Source: Octopus vulgaris (Eukaryota). From it: a stretch of DNA of 64,000 bases. The stretch is from positions 68,572,001-68,636,000 of the forward strand of contig OX597833.1 in assembly GCA_951406725.2 (NCBI GenBank), given 5' to 3'. Below are positions 26,791 to 40,446 of this stretch, one piece after another. Within the stretch, counting starts at the first letter, position 1. Each line of letters opens with the position of its first letter. The notes under the pieces are model-generated. The model did no database searches and was not told the origin of the DNA. It worked only from the letters and a program-made list of their open reading frames with translations. The position numbers were made by a program, and so were the translations under genes.

Positions 26791-27994
26791 TCTTATATAT
26801 ATTTGTGTATATATATATATATATATTGCAAAATGTAAATTTGTTAAATAGCGTCAGGTTCTGTTTACAAAATATTTACAGTTGACAATATGCTGTTGTT
26901 TGGCGGACGCAAAAACGTCAGATTCACAAGTGCAATAATGGCGTAACAAACACGATTCGTTTCACGACACTCCTTCAGTCTCTACCTTTTCTTATCGATT
27001 TCAAGTTACCATCTCACCTTCTTCTTTTTGCATTTCCCTTTCTCTCTATTTCCCCACTCACTCTCTCTCTCTCTCTCTCTCTGCGAATGTCTTGTCCTGC
27101 AAATCTCTCTATTTATTCATCTATCTCTATCTTGTTTTGCCGATCTCCCTATATATCTATTTCTCTATCTATGTAGCAAGCTAGCTAGCTGTCGGACTCT
27201 CAGGCAGAGAGATCCGTCTCTCTATTTATCCACTTCTCTGTCTATCCAACGATCCAACGCTCTCTCTCTCGCTCTACCTCTCTCTCCCCATTGGTCTGTA
27301 TCAAAACATTCGATTGCTACATTGAAGAAAAGGCTTTTATTTTCAAATGTCTCACTTTTCGCATATGCGTTTGCGTATTTATATGTCTGCATCGGTCTGA
27401 ACGGGTTGTACTCTTATGTTGTTGATGCTGATTCAGTAAAACAGCAAAATATGCAGTGAAAGAATATATATTAATTATTATTTCCTAGGTATAAAATGGA
27501 AAAACGCTTACGTTTTCGGAAACGTTGGCCGCTAAATAGTTTGAATAGTTTGAAATAGCTACCAATGTTAAAAGAAATATCATTCACTAGTTAATAATCG
27601 TTGAGTTTACAAGTGAGCATAACAGAACATAAGATAATTTAATTTCTTATTAGAAAATCACACACGCACACACACACACGGACACACACAAACACATATG
27701 TACAGGCAAACCAGAATTAAAAAGAAAACATGTTAAAAGACAACGAAATCAATCAGACAATTATACAATAAATGATTGACGTTCAGTGAAACTTTTAGAA
27801 GGCAAAATGACGTTTCGACTATGGTTCTTCATCGGAAAAAGGAAAATAGCCAGAGAGGACTAAAGATAGAAAGGAGCACATTGTCGGGATATTTACATAT
27901 ATATAGTTGGAACTGACAGAAAAGCAAAAGACGAAGACAGGTGTATAAGTAACTAACATGTGTATTAGTTTAATGCTCGGAAAGGTGAGAAAGT

Positions 27995-28030
27995 CTTTTA
28001 CGTTTCGAGCCTACGCTCTTCAACAGAAAG
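27995..28030 (-). ncRNA. Minimal hammerhead motif (CUGUUGA core variant) in a short repeat (~27905-28055)
   Basis: Minus strand: CUUU-CUGUUGA-A-GAGC(GUAG)GCUC-GAAAC-GUA-AAAG. A decayed copy of the same sequence is at ~55440-55505. Confidence 0.6.
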
Positions 28031-30967
28031 GAACACGAAGAAATATACATAGAGAGAATATATATATATATAAAATGTCTATCATTAGAGAACATTTTCA
28101 GTCTGCTTACAATCCAATTTAGCTTTTCATAGAACTCTCTTCGATACTTCATGAGTGTAGCCTCACCCCCTAGGATGTTTGGAAAACTCATATGTGTTTT
28201 GGCTGATGAATACGGAAAACTTGTATTTGCTGCAATATTTGCAGCTTTTAATAAATCTGTTCTTCGTATGAAACAATTGTACTGAACAACTAATCCATTC
28301 TTGTTGCTTTTTTTCTTGCTTTTTTCTTGTATATATATATACATATATATGCTCACCCGTATATATACTTTAAAGTAAATTTATGAATCTAGGTAACGTA
28401 AATTTAAGGAACGTTACAGAAATCTAATTTGATGACATTGGAAGGATCTTATGTTAGCAGAGATACGTGACGATTTCCTTAATCACTCCGAGAAAAAACA
28501 ATCAGGTAGAGACTCGTTATCATTTGTCACATATTTCTGCCACATAATACATTTTAGTCTCTGACAGATGATGCATATTTATCTTGCAACGATGTCAGAA
28601 TTATTGCTTACATACTATTTTTGTGTTGCTCCAAACGACACTTCCACGCATTAAAATTGATTACTAATTTGTTTTGAGGCTAATTAAGTATTTTGTATAA
28701 TTTTTTGGGATTTCATCGTCGTTTTCATTGCTCTCCTTTTGTTTCTGGCGAAAACTCTAAAATTCTGTTTTTAATGTCATTTAACCTTTCGGCTTCAGAA
28801 TCCTTTAGTGATTGCTACTCTTACAAAGGTACCTGTATGTTTCATAACTATTTATATTTCCTCTAATTTGATTTTTGTTAAACCCTTTATAAAAATTTTG
28901 TCGGTGCATTCGAGATCATAACAGCTCTTTTTTTTGGTTTTTCGAAGAGGGTGTATGAAAATGGTGGTTTTGTATACTTGGCTCATCTTATTGCACTAAG
29001 AGGTTCCTTTAATTGTGTTGTAAATAGAGAAATATTAACGAAAAAATATGTACAAGACAGAACTTCCATCTCTACTACGACGTGATGCATTAGGAAAATA
29101 ATCCAAAGAAGAAATATCTTCAGCCCTTAAAAATTAATAAACAGCACGTCTCTAAATATGAATTCTTGGACTAAATTTGAGAAATCATTTAACTAGAAAT
29201 AGACCATATAATCAGGTTCCATCTGTCATAGATCCCTCTCTTACATTTTTTCGATTTGATTCGTAATACTTTTGTGTTCAACAATTTTCTTGTTTCACCG
29301 AAATGTTAGGTTCGGACAAAGCTATTTTGTTCAAAGAGAAAGAACCAGGTTTCGCAAAGTATTGGACTGGTACTTTATTTATCAATACAGAGAAAGGACG
29401 GTCTCCTCCAACGACAGAATAAAATCCTCCACGTTAGCATTTGAATTCAAAACGCAGAGAATCAGAACAAAACGACCAAGGCATTTGTCCGACGCTTTGC
29501 TGTCTCTGTCAAGGCTAAAAGGTTTAGTAAAATTTATAGATAGATGAAGATAAAATCAAGCATGGTTCAGGTGATTTTATAAATAGGTGTTTGAGTACCT
29601 TCCAAACAACCAGATTGTGGTTACTTGGATGTTTTGATTGCGTATGAAGTTGACTGACAATCAGTGTCACATTATTAGATCTCAGCATAACATTGTAAAG
29701 AATGACCAGCTTTGAAGGTGAAACACTTATGCTTTTGTAACTATTATATATAAACGAGAACGCCAGCAAGTTTCATGAATGATTGGAAGATCTGACACTG
29801 TAATGATTTTAAGGGTTTTAACAGAATTCTGGCCACCAATATCAATTACATAACATATACAGCAGTCTTCTAATACAGTAGTTATTTGTAAGGTACTAAA
29901 TCTTTTCCTGATTCTACATCTTTCATACAAAAAGAGCTATAAATACGAAATACACTCAGAATTATCATAATGTAAAATTCGGCAAAACCATTACTTGTGT
30001 CTAAATTTAATTTAAGCGCATTTAATAAACCCAAACATTTTATACGAATGCACAATGTATGTATGATAGTGAAGAATCAAAAGAATTTTTTTTCCTTTAG
30101 GGGTGTCGCTGAATTGGAGAATTTTGTATAATTTGGTAGTTTATATACAAAGCGAGGAAATATTTTTGTTTTATTTTGTTTCCTTTCACTTAGTTCCTCT
30201 GTGGCTTATGAGAGAGAACAAATAAAAGTTACCGGATATTTTATATCCGATTTTTCTATTGAACTAACAATATTCATATTCATAATCGATTGGCCGTTGG
30301 TTTCGTAGTCACATGATCAATTTATCTAGGGTTACTCTGATATATAAATGTCTATTGTTAGAATCTATCGCGGTAACATTTGCAATATTTGCTTTCATAA
30401 TCGCAAGTGCTCTTGTTATTCCTTTGTAGAAGAATTACTATATTTTATATCTTTCGACGCGTTTGTCAAATACAGACATTCCTTCTTGTATAGGCATAAA
30501 CATTCTGCTCGTATTTATATCTTTATTTCTACATTCATTTATTTTATTTATTTGTTGCAACTTTCACTTTCATATTCTTTAGTATTTTCATACCATTTTG
30601 TTAGTATTTTTTTATGACCATGCTTCCTTGGATTATAAAGTGAATATAAATTATACCATTTCAGAATTGTATCGTGCGTTTGCAAAAGTATCGCAACTTC
30701 AACCGAGTTCACGTTTCAATGAATATGAGAATATAAATTCGTATATTTTAGCATTGACTTTATATTTCCGACGATGCAATGCAAAATGGAAATTTTATAA
30801 TGTCTGCTTAATCGCAATGTGGATCTGTTTCTTCAGATCTACACCATCTTTTATGGCATAGTAAATGCCTACAATAAACTAAACACATACTGTTAGATCA
30901 ATATGTAATAGATGACCTTTTTAACTCTATTGAACATATTTACGACATGGCGTAGTCATAGAGACAC

Positions 30968-31130
30968 AGGCAAGGTGTGTGTCGCTAAGTTGTTCACTTC
31001 GCAAATATGCAGTTTCGTGTATAGTTCAATGCGCGGTGTCCTTACTGTGAAAAAGTATCTTCAACTTTAGCTTCGGGTCGACCAAACACTGAGTAAATTT
31101 GGTAGACGGAAACAAAACGGAAGCCAACCA
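30968..31130 (+). mobile_element. Degenerate SINE family A 5' half
   Basis: tcgggtcgaccaaac...aatttggtagacggaaac...gaagcc then (TA)n. Confidence 0.55.
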
Positions 31131-31206
31131 TATATATATATATATATATATATAATTAGAAATATTGAATTTTTAAATCCCTCATAAGCGGTGGTGGAGC
31201 GATATA

Positions 31207-31371
31207 GTAGTTGTATACTGTCAACTCAACGTGACAGTCCCGTAAGGGAATTATTACACCGCCATTTAGCCCTAGGAAACATCAACGTTTCCTGTTGGCT
31301 TTGACACATTTTCTGTGTCCTTATATTTGCAAAGGGGAGGCAATCACCCCGCCAGCTTGACAGTATACCAC

Positions 31372-31374
<3 letters not shown>
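31207..31374. mobile_element. MITE (~170 bp) with 18-bp TIRs, flanked by TA
   Basis: gtagttgtatactgtcaa ... ttgacagtataccaccac (16/18 match as inverted repeat); TA on both sides. Confidence 0.75.
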
Positions 31375-31408
<34 letters not shown>

Positions 31409-32204
31409 AAGAAATATTTGGGTAGATCGGAATGGTGCTTGAGGGTGGCATAGGGCCCTGGGTGCCGCAGTGGCGAACCGCTTCTCTAGCTACCTCATGT
31501 TCCTCCATTTAAGATATAGCATGTAAAACAAAGAATAATATGTATCAGTTATTTCTAGCACTGTGAATGTATAAAGAAAGTAGGCATGGGCGAAATTTAC
31601 TACGAAGCGGTTTGCATGATGCGTGGCTTATCATTAGCTGATACACACTACTGATATAATTAGGTGATTTTCGTAAGTCGTGACATCCAGTATTGTTAGG
31701 CGTGCAATACTTTACTTTGCAGTGTTTGTAATACACGTGGTTTATGGATGGAAATGGATTTCCTTTGAGAAAATGCCAGCATGAATTTTTAATTTAAAAA
31801 ACATTATAATCTTAATTATAATCTTAGTATATCTGGAGACGAATTTATGGACGACACGCAATTGTAGGAGTTAAAATAGATCTACGTTAGCATTGTGAAA
31901 CAAATATAGCATCGGTGTCCCGTGATAAATAATGTACAACTGGAAAAGGCTGGAAACGTTGACGACATAAACCTGTAAGCATTTCAAGTTGTAGATTGAA
32001 TTTCGAGATATTTCTGTGTACACGTGTCTGTGTGTTTTCACGTCCGCGCGTATGTATAAATGTGCGCTTGTATCTATCGGTCTATCTATCTATCTATCTA
32101 TCTATCAATATAAGCATATGTTAGTATGTCTACTCCCATGCAAGTATGTGTGCGAATGTGCATAGTTCTATGTATGTATGCCATACACGCACTAAAAGTT
32201 ACAC

Positions 32205-32241
32205 AAACATATATATATATATATATATATATATACATGTG

Positions 32242-32295
<54 letters not shown>

Positions 32296-32323
32296 CATGT
32301 GTGTGTGTATATATATATATATA

Positions 32324-32362
<39 letters not shown>

Positions 32363-32494
32363 GTGTGTGTGTATATATATATATATATACATGTGTATAT
32401 ATATATGTATATATACATGTGTATATATATATATATATATACATGTGTATATATATATATATATATATATACATGTGTATATATATATGTATAT

Positions 32495-32533
<39 letters not shown>

Positions 32534-32590
32534 CACACACCCATATATGCACACACATATATATATATATATATATACGTGTATGTACAT
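32205..32590. repeat. Compound (TA)n/acatgtg microsatellite array
   Basis: Direct reading. Confidence 0.95.
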
Positions 32591-33838
32591 TAGTTGTAGG
32601 GACATTGATTAGCACAGTTTTACGATCTGATTTGCCCCTCTCCATGGACATTAGGTTTCCAATATTCTCGAGGTGTACATTAACAGCTACGTAGACGAAA
32701 TTAGACAGATACGATCGGGAGGAAAATCTAGGTCAGAGCAAATTAATAAATATATTTGGAAAAACAGTTTTTTAAAGTGGCGCATTAGCGAATAATAATT
32801 TGTTGCTGCAGCAGCAAGAGGGGTAGCAAGAATATCAATAACATTAGTAGAACAAACGAAGGAAAGCGCCTGTAGTTTGTTGCCAGGTATGCTAGAAATA
32901 ACCGCCATAAAAGTGACCACCAATTAGCAGATTAGTGTCGTTTGGAGGGTTTTTAGTGGTGGTTTCGTTGCAAAGTGTTATTTTCACGGGGCAGCAACCC
33001 TAAGAGCAACGACAGGGCAAAGAACAACAATGGCAATAACTATAAAAGTGCGGGCAAAATGCAGCTTCTGAATGGGGCACCTAACAAAACACTACCCTCG
33101 ATATCTTCTGTAGTGTGACTCGCCTATTGATGAGCCATGACTCAGGAGTCTCGCTCCTTAGAACACAAAAAAGTAACAGAATATCCATGTCTTCACTACC
33201 AGTCAGTGTGAGAACATCCGTGTTATTGTTCCAGCTGCTGGAAATAGCAAATAAAATATTCACAAAATTCGCATGGAGGTGTCTTAAATAAGGATCAGTT
33301 TGACACTTTAAGTCTCTTAGCCCTAAAAATATCCCCACATGTGGCGACAGTCACGTTCGGAAAGTTTTAATTAACCGCAGCGATAACTGATATCAACAGC
33401 TGCCATTGTCAGAGCTGCAGCAAGATCAGAAGTACTAAACAGCAGTAACGAAAAGACACAATTTATTTGATTCTCTCAGACAAACTGAATCCTTTATACT
33501 CGTTTGGTGTATGTTGTCCAGCCCTCATAATCATAAGATCGATCTATCCCACTTTCGTGGCGTATAAGTGACCAATACCACAACGGCCATGTGGAATAGG
33601 ACGCTTGTGTATTGCAGAGTTCAAGGTCAACAGTTTTATGGGGATAGGAGGAGTCGATTACATTCATGGCAGTACTTGATGGGTACATTAATTTCACGGC
33701 CTCGAACAGATAAAAGGCAAACAGTGGCATTCAGCGGTAATTGAACCCTGAACGTAGAGATGGAAGGAATGCAGCTCCGCAGTTTGAACGACCTGGCACC
33801 AATTCTACCATCTCACTGTTTCCTGAACATATCACTGC

Positions 33839-33882
<44 letters not shown>

Positions 33883-34526
33883 AATGTAACTATGGTATGT
33901 ACGGATATGTATGTGTGTGTATGTTTTTGTACGTGTGTATGTATTTATGTATCCATGTATGTATGGAGCGTTGCGTTGTTATAGTCTGGAAGGGCTCCAT
34001 GTTTATGTCAGCATCTTTTGAATTATTATTGTTCTTGTGAGAACTGAACATGAAAACAAAAGAATATATGGTATATATGAGTGGATGATACAAAGACCCA
34101 ACTTTGTAGTTGCTCTCAGTCTCATATAGTTCAATCAACATTACTAATTAGCGTTAATAATGCGCTTTGGAAATGTCGGAACGTAAGAAACGCCCATTAA
34201 CCTTACCCCGAAGAGAATACATATAAAATTTCCCGCCTTCCCCCCAGATAGCTACCACAGATTACAAATAGTCAATTATAAAATACATTCATTTGATGAA
34301 AATTAGTTTGTATGCATAATTTTGTAGATCTATGAAACGAAATGCATAATTAAAACATAAACAAATGACTTTTTTTTTCTCTTTTTCCTCTGAGAATCGA
34401 TATTCTTCGACCCAACATAATTGCACGAGCATTGACATTTTGTTTCAACAGAAGCTTTCAAATAATAGACGTCCATAAAGACAAAAAAAGAATCCGTAAT
34501 GAAAATTTAATTATATTCTACTGTCG

Positions 34527-34546
34527 ATAACAACAACAACAACAGC

Positions 34547-34600
<54 letters not shown>
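34527..34600. repeat. (AAC)n-(AAT)n microsatellite
   Basis: Direct reading. Confidence 0.95.
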
Positions 34601-34602
<2 letters not shown>

Positions 34603-36158
34603 CAACAAAGTGAAGTAAATGATCTAATACATTGTCGAAATCAAGTAAAACTCAAGCAAGGCATGTCGTTTTAATAATCTGCAATTGTTTTTTTCTTTTT
34701 ATTAAAATTCTGTACTTTGGTTAAGTTTATATATTTATTTTTTTATATTGTTTTTTTTTTTTTTTTACCGCACACAAATGCATAGTGTTCGTCAATAGGC
34801 GAGGAAGGATTCAATTTGTGATCGATCTGCTTTAAAATAGAAGACGAATATTGGTTGAATTCTATGTACAACTTCAAAGATATCCAAGGAGATTTTGGAT
34901 GAAATATCTTGGATTGAACATTACTGGAAATCAGAAGATATTTCCATTGACTTCAAGACAAAGATAACACTCTCTGGTGACCGTCGACAAAGAAATAGAC
35001 AGTATAATCACAGAAAGTATAACAACAACAGAAACAAAACCAATGATTCTTGTTATTTACCTCAGCAAAATAATTAGTTCCCCTGTCGGCTGTCTGATAT
35101 ATTTGCTCTTCAGTTAAGAACTGTGCGTGTGTGTGTGTGTTTGCAACAATTTCGTTAGTTTCCCATTGTCATTTTCTTGTAATTCAATTCGATTCCAGAA
35201 ATATAAATTCCAAGGGGCTATCGTACGTGGCCGGACATCTTGATATATTATTCTCTTATCACAGATCTAGTTCTATGTCACTGGATACTTCTTCCTAGTT
35301 TCGGGTTCCATGATTTAAAATTTAGCCGAATGCAAATTTTAGCAAATGAACTGACAGCATACAAGCAGATCCCTCTTTCTTTCGTAACGGTGAGACAGGC
35401 TCGAGGAAGTTCGTGTATTGGAAAGCATTTAGTATATTTGCCAGCGAATATTATACGAACAGAAACATTCGTACGGAAAGTAACGGCAAAATTAAATAGC
35501 AATTCGTTTGCTTTCCTAAAGTTATCAATATCACCAAGTGGTGCAAGTCAACGAATCTACTCTGCCATTAACTTATGTATCTTGATTTGCCAGAGACGTT
35601 TAAATGATTGTTAGACCTTCAAGAAAATACAACGTAAATTGTATAATATAGAATTGTTTTAAAACAATGAGATAAATTTGGCAGTACTTTGGATAATATG
35701 AATGTTATAGTTAAATCCAAATCCGAAGTAGTCAAGATAGAATACATTTGATCATTTGATACGTAGATACATCTATAGGCTTCAGTGCCAACGACAGAGG
35801 AGAGACAACATTGTTTCCTGTAAAAGTCATACTTTAATTAGCAAAGCTCTAATGTATTCCTTTTCCTCTAGAACGACGGAGAAGTGTGATATAAAATCTA
35901 TGTGGCCGAATCTACACAGTCAGCAAGGTCTAAGCACTTGTCCGCATTATTCATGGTATTTCGAGAGGAAATTGAATATAAAATCATTTTGTAACCTTGT
36001 AACCATGGCTACGTGGCTACAGATTTTGCTTTACAATCACGTGGCTTCAATAAGCATCACGATATATAAGTACATTCTACAATACCTTTAGATTTAGAGA
36101 AAGATTTAGGAGTGAAATTTGAGAAGGGAGAATGTTGGACTGTCATAAATAGAATTTG

Positions 36159-36192
<34 letters not shown>

Positions 36193-36197
<5 letters not shown>

Positions 36198-36399
36198 TTA
36201 GATATGTTTCGACCAAAGATTGGTCCAGACCATGTCTAACTTAATAGCACCACCTGATAGGATTATCTGAATCCTGTTTAAGTCAAGTTTTTTTTTATGG
36301 TCCATTCAAGTAGTGAGTTTTTGTTGGGTTAGTTGTATCCAATTATGGGTGGCTTATCTGGTATTCCTTGAAGGAATCTATCCAGACTCCGTTTAAAGT

Positions 36400-36404
<5 letters not shown>
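36193..36404 (-). pseudogene. 3' end of a CR1-like non-LTR retrotransposon inserted in (TA)n
   Basis: Hand translation INFKRSLDRFLQGIPDKPPIIGYN*PNKNSLLEW matches the FK..LD.FL..IPDQP...GY....NSL C-terminus of invertebrate CR1-group ORF2; the 3'UTR has a terminal stem-loop gacca-atctt-tggtc. Confidence 0.7.
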
Positions 36405-36462
<58 letters not shown>

Positions 36463-36464
<2 letters not shown>

Positions 36465-36695
36465 CTTTATTTAGAAGTACCAGAAATACTACAAAAACTG
36501 TTACTCACAATTTCCCGTCCTCTTCGTCAGACAGTTTTGTTAGATTCTAACAAAACTGTCCGACGAATGGGAACGTGAAACTCTGAGTCTTTGTGATACT
36601 TCTGCTGCTTTTAAATAAAGCATATTACTCTACCTCTATTATTTGAGTATCCTTTTTTCCACCTTGTTTCACATTTATGTGCTTACTCCGGTATG
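36463..36695. mobile_element. Short Penelope-pLTR-like element with a ~155-bp palindrome holding two opposed hammerhead motifs
   Basis: Arms 36465-36544 and 36546-36620; perfect centre gacagttttgttaga-t-tctaacaaaactgtc; related copy at 60602-60760. Confidence 0.7.
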
Positions 36696-36781
36696 TATAA
36701 TATATATATATATTATTATACATAATGGAGTAAGCACATAAATGTGAAAGAATATGGATGCATATATATAATATATATATT

Positions 36782-36816
<35 letters not shown>

Positions 36817-38329
36817 TATGTACACAGACACAAACACACGTATATATATAGAGAGAGAGTGTGATAGAGAGACAGTGAGAGACAATGAGAAAGAGACTGA
36901 TAGAATGAAAGATAGATAGATAGATAGATAGACAGCTAGACATATTGCCTTACGATTGAGTGAATCATTGTCTCAACGCCATATTTTATTCCAGCCGACT
37001 TCCCCAGATACAATCCTTGTCCATTCGCCACTGTAAATGCAGAAAACAAATGAATTTCCGGTGGGAAAACTTCTAATGTTGGACTTAACCTGTCGACAAA
37101 TCTACGAAATAAATTTAAAACAAATAAATCAAAATACAAATTGTATATTTGTTTGATAATCTATAGTATTTGGCATTCAATCATTATGTAATACAGTCGA
37201 GCTATCTCATCCAATAATTGTATAAATTCGATGACTTGGAAACCAATAGATTCAACATCTATCACTGTTTGACAGTATTTCTTTTAGACTGGTAATCTTT
37301 ATATGATGTACGAGAGCACGAGTCTCTGAGACAGTCAGCAAAGTTGTCGATTGAACTGCTAGCTATATATGTACGTTTTTGAACAAATCATATAAAACTG
37401 TTTGTAATAATGAAAGACTGCAGTAGATAAGACACAAATAGATATAAATATGTTTGAATAAAAGGCAGGATATTCACGGCGGAGATATTTTGGGTCAGAG
37501 ATACGAGTGTTCAAGAGTGGCGAGAATTAACCAACAAGAATAAAATACTGCGAAATTGTGATGCGTGATTGCTGTCGTCTGCGTGTGTCGTTATGGCTAC
37601 CATATTTGTCACCACTTGAACACGTCTGTTCCGTGCGAACGGACGGTACTGAGACTTTTTAATCCCGAGAGGATATTTTCTCTCGCTGCTTCATGATACA
37701 AACTGCATCCGATATAATGCGATTAGTTGAGAAAACCCCTAGTACATTCTAACAACAATAGTTTCATCATGCAACTAAGTGTATTGTAAAGGAGTAGAAT
37801 ATAACCAGTGCACGTGTTACAAATGGCAAAGTGACCGTCTTAGATTTCATCAATGTATTATTAAAACAACCAAGTGAGAGTGATTCAACCACTTCAAACA
37901 TGCGAAGCCCAATTTCTAAGCGGTAAGGCTACGTTTGTGACTTAGGTATTCAGTCAACCATTAGGAGTTTGCGTTTTTTCTTCCTATTATAGTTGTCATT
38001 GTCATGGTTCAATATGAGGTAGATATTTCTGTTCAGAGATCTATTATAAAAGGTCTAACTACGGCCTTCCAGTCAGAAACGGATGGGCTTACTTTTGTTC
38101 TGTCATGGAATACAATGTGTAGCATCTATTTACATCTAACACTATAGTAAAGGATGGCTGATCAAGCGATATGTGCGCGTACACATTCCTACTCTGAAAG
38201 ACACATACATCCGCATAGACATATACGCAAACACACTTATACATACACGGTTGTGTGAACTTTTACACGTGGGAGAGTACGTGTGTTAGTATATCCTGTT
38301 TAAAAAATACGCATAGATCTCGGCTAACT

Positions 38330-38545
38330 ATTCATATCTATCTATCTATCCATGTCTTTCTATCTATCCATATCTTTCTATCTATCTATCTATCTATGTC
38401 TTTCTATCTATCTATCTCTTTCTATCTATCTATCTATCTCTATCTATCTATATCTTTCTATCTATCTATCTATGTCTTTCTATCTATCTATATCTTTCTA
38501 TCAATCTATCTAGATATCTGTCTACCTGACTAACTATCTGCCTAT
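38330..38545. repeat. (TATC)n/(TCTT) tetranucleotide array
   Basis: Direct reading. Confidence 0.9.
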
Positions 38546-38550
38546 ATATA

Positions 38551-38746
38551 CTCTTTTACTCTGTTTCAGTCATTTGATTGTGGCCATGCTGGAGCACCAC
38601 CTTTAGTCTTGCAAATCGACCCCAGGACTTATTCTTTATAAGCCTAGTACTTATTCTATCGGCCTCTTTTGTCGAACGTCCCTTGTGCCGGACGTAAACA
38701 TACCACCATTGGTTACCAAGCGATGGTGGGGGGGGGGCAAACACAA

Positions 38747-38820
<74 letters not shown>

Positions 38821-38982
38821 GACGGGCTTCCTTCAGTTTGCGTCTACCAAATCCACTCACAAGGCCTTGGTCGGCCCGAGGCTATAGTTGAAGACACTTG
38901 CCCAAGGTGCCATGCAGTGGGACTGAACCCGGAACCATGTGGCTGGTAAGCAAACTACTTACCACACAGCCACTCCTGCGCC
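38551..38982 (-). mobile_element. Full-length SINE family A
   Basis: Reverse complement: ggcgcaggagtggctgtgtgg...ggttcagtccc...(TA)n(TG)n...gagtaaaagag tail. Confidence 0.93.
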
Positions 38983-39905
38983 TCTTTTCTTTAGACAATA
39001 TATATATATAAATTGTTAGCCGACATGCATGTTAGTAACATACTGTATGTATTCACATATATGATATATATAAGCGACACCCCCATAAACTATAAGCCGT
39101 CAACCAAGTATAACATTTTCTAGAATTCGTATCCTAGTGAACAACTTACAATCACTGGACAATAAAAAACAGTTTCTCTATTTACATCATACAATCAATG
39201 CAATCACAACAGTTGTTCAGATCCCATCTTCAGCTGCGTCATGGATATCATTATAGTTTCCACTCACCATCCTGGTTTCGACACCGAAATATATAGATTT
39301 TCTAAAAAAAAAACTTTTATTTACATTTGATTATCTGCAATGGTGGAAAATTGTAAAATTTTTGCATTTTTCCAAGTTTTGCCAGACAATAATTTGTTTG
39401 GATTGCGAATATCTTTTAGAAAAATGCATTTAACATTTATTTGTTTATGTGAAAAATTGTTTGTATTCAAAACAAATCTTTGGAACAAACACATTCAAAC
39501 AACGGGTTTGCAAACTTTAATAAATATCGTTATTTCCTTTACCGATATTTTTCTTTTCAATCAATAATTTGTGCAGAATTCGTGAGGGTGAATTGTTATA
39601 GACATTTTAGCGCCGGACCAAATATGAAAAAGTAATTATTTTCGTAATCGTCTGCTTTTTTTTTTTTTTTTATTCTCTCTTATTCACTACGCATCGTTCT
39701 TTACCCACTTTTCTTTTGTTGCTTTCTTACTCACACAGTCTCATTGTTTCTTTCTTTCCTTCTCCGTTTATATCTTTCTGACACTCTCCATTTATCTAAG
39801 CCTTTTCTGTTCTCTCTATCTTCGTATACATTTACTATTCATTCCATCAGTCTCTTTTTCTTCTCTCTGTCTCTCTCTCGTCGCTCGCTAAATATATATG
39901 TATAC

Positions 39906-39955
<50 letters not shown>

Positions 39956-39987
39956 ATGAATGTATATATACATATATATATATATGA

Positions 39988-40019
<32 letters not shown>

Positions 40020-40079
40020 GGCTGTGTACATATATGTAAATGTGTATATGTATATACATGTATATATGTATATGAATAT

Positions 40080-40190
40080 CTCAATACAACGCGACGGGCA
40101 AAATACCTATTTCTTTACTACGCACAAGGGGCTAAACATAGAGCGGACAAACAAGGACAGACGAACGGATTAAGTCGATTATATGGACCC
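40080..40190 (-). mobile_element. SINE family B 3' fragment reading through into its own internal segment
   Basis: Minus strand: ggggtccatataatcgacttaatccg...gtagtaaagaaataggtattttgcccgtcgcgttgtattgag. Confidence 0.8.
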
Positions 40191-40194
40191 CGCC

Positions 40195-40284
40195 TTAATA
40201 AGAATAAGGAGAAGAAAAAAAGGGAGGAGAAGAAGAAGAAGAAGAGGAAGAAATAGAAGACAAATTAGAAGGAAAAGCAGCAGA

Positions 40285-40325
<41 letters not shown>

Positions 40326-40446
40326 AAGATGAAGAACGCAATGAAGAAACAAAAGAGGAGGGAGAATTGGTTGGAAGAAGAAAATGAGAGGGGGAGAAGA
40401 TGAGGAAGAGAAGGAAGAAGAAGAAGGAGGAGGAGATCCAGAAGAA
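40195..40446. repeat. Purine-rich (GAA)n/(GTA)n/(GAG)n low-complexity tract
   Basis: Direct reading. Confidence 0.9.

Noticed and set aside
28203-28226. ctgatga-atacg-gaaaac hammerhead-like words
   Set aside because: No stem II or stem I pairing; likely chance.
36205-36232. Hammerhead-like ggtcgaaac with hairpin
   Set aside because: No CUGANGA core; better explained as the 3' stem-loop of the CR1-like LINE.
37507-37623. Small MITE with gtgttcaag/cttgaacac ends
   Set aside because: Only 9 bp perfect, no clear TSD and no second copy in the window.
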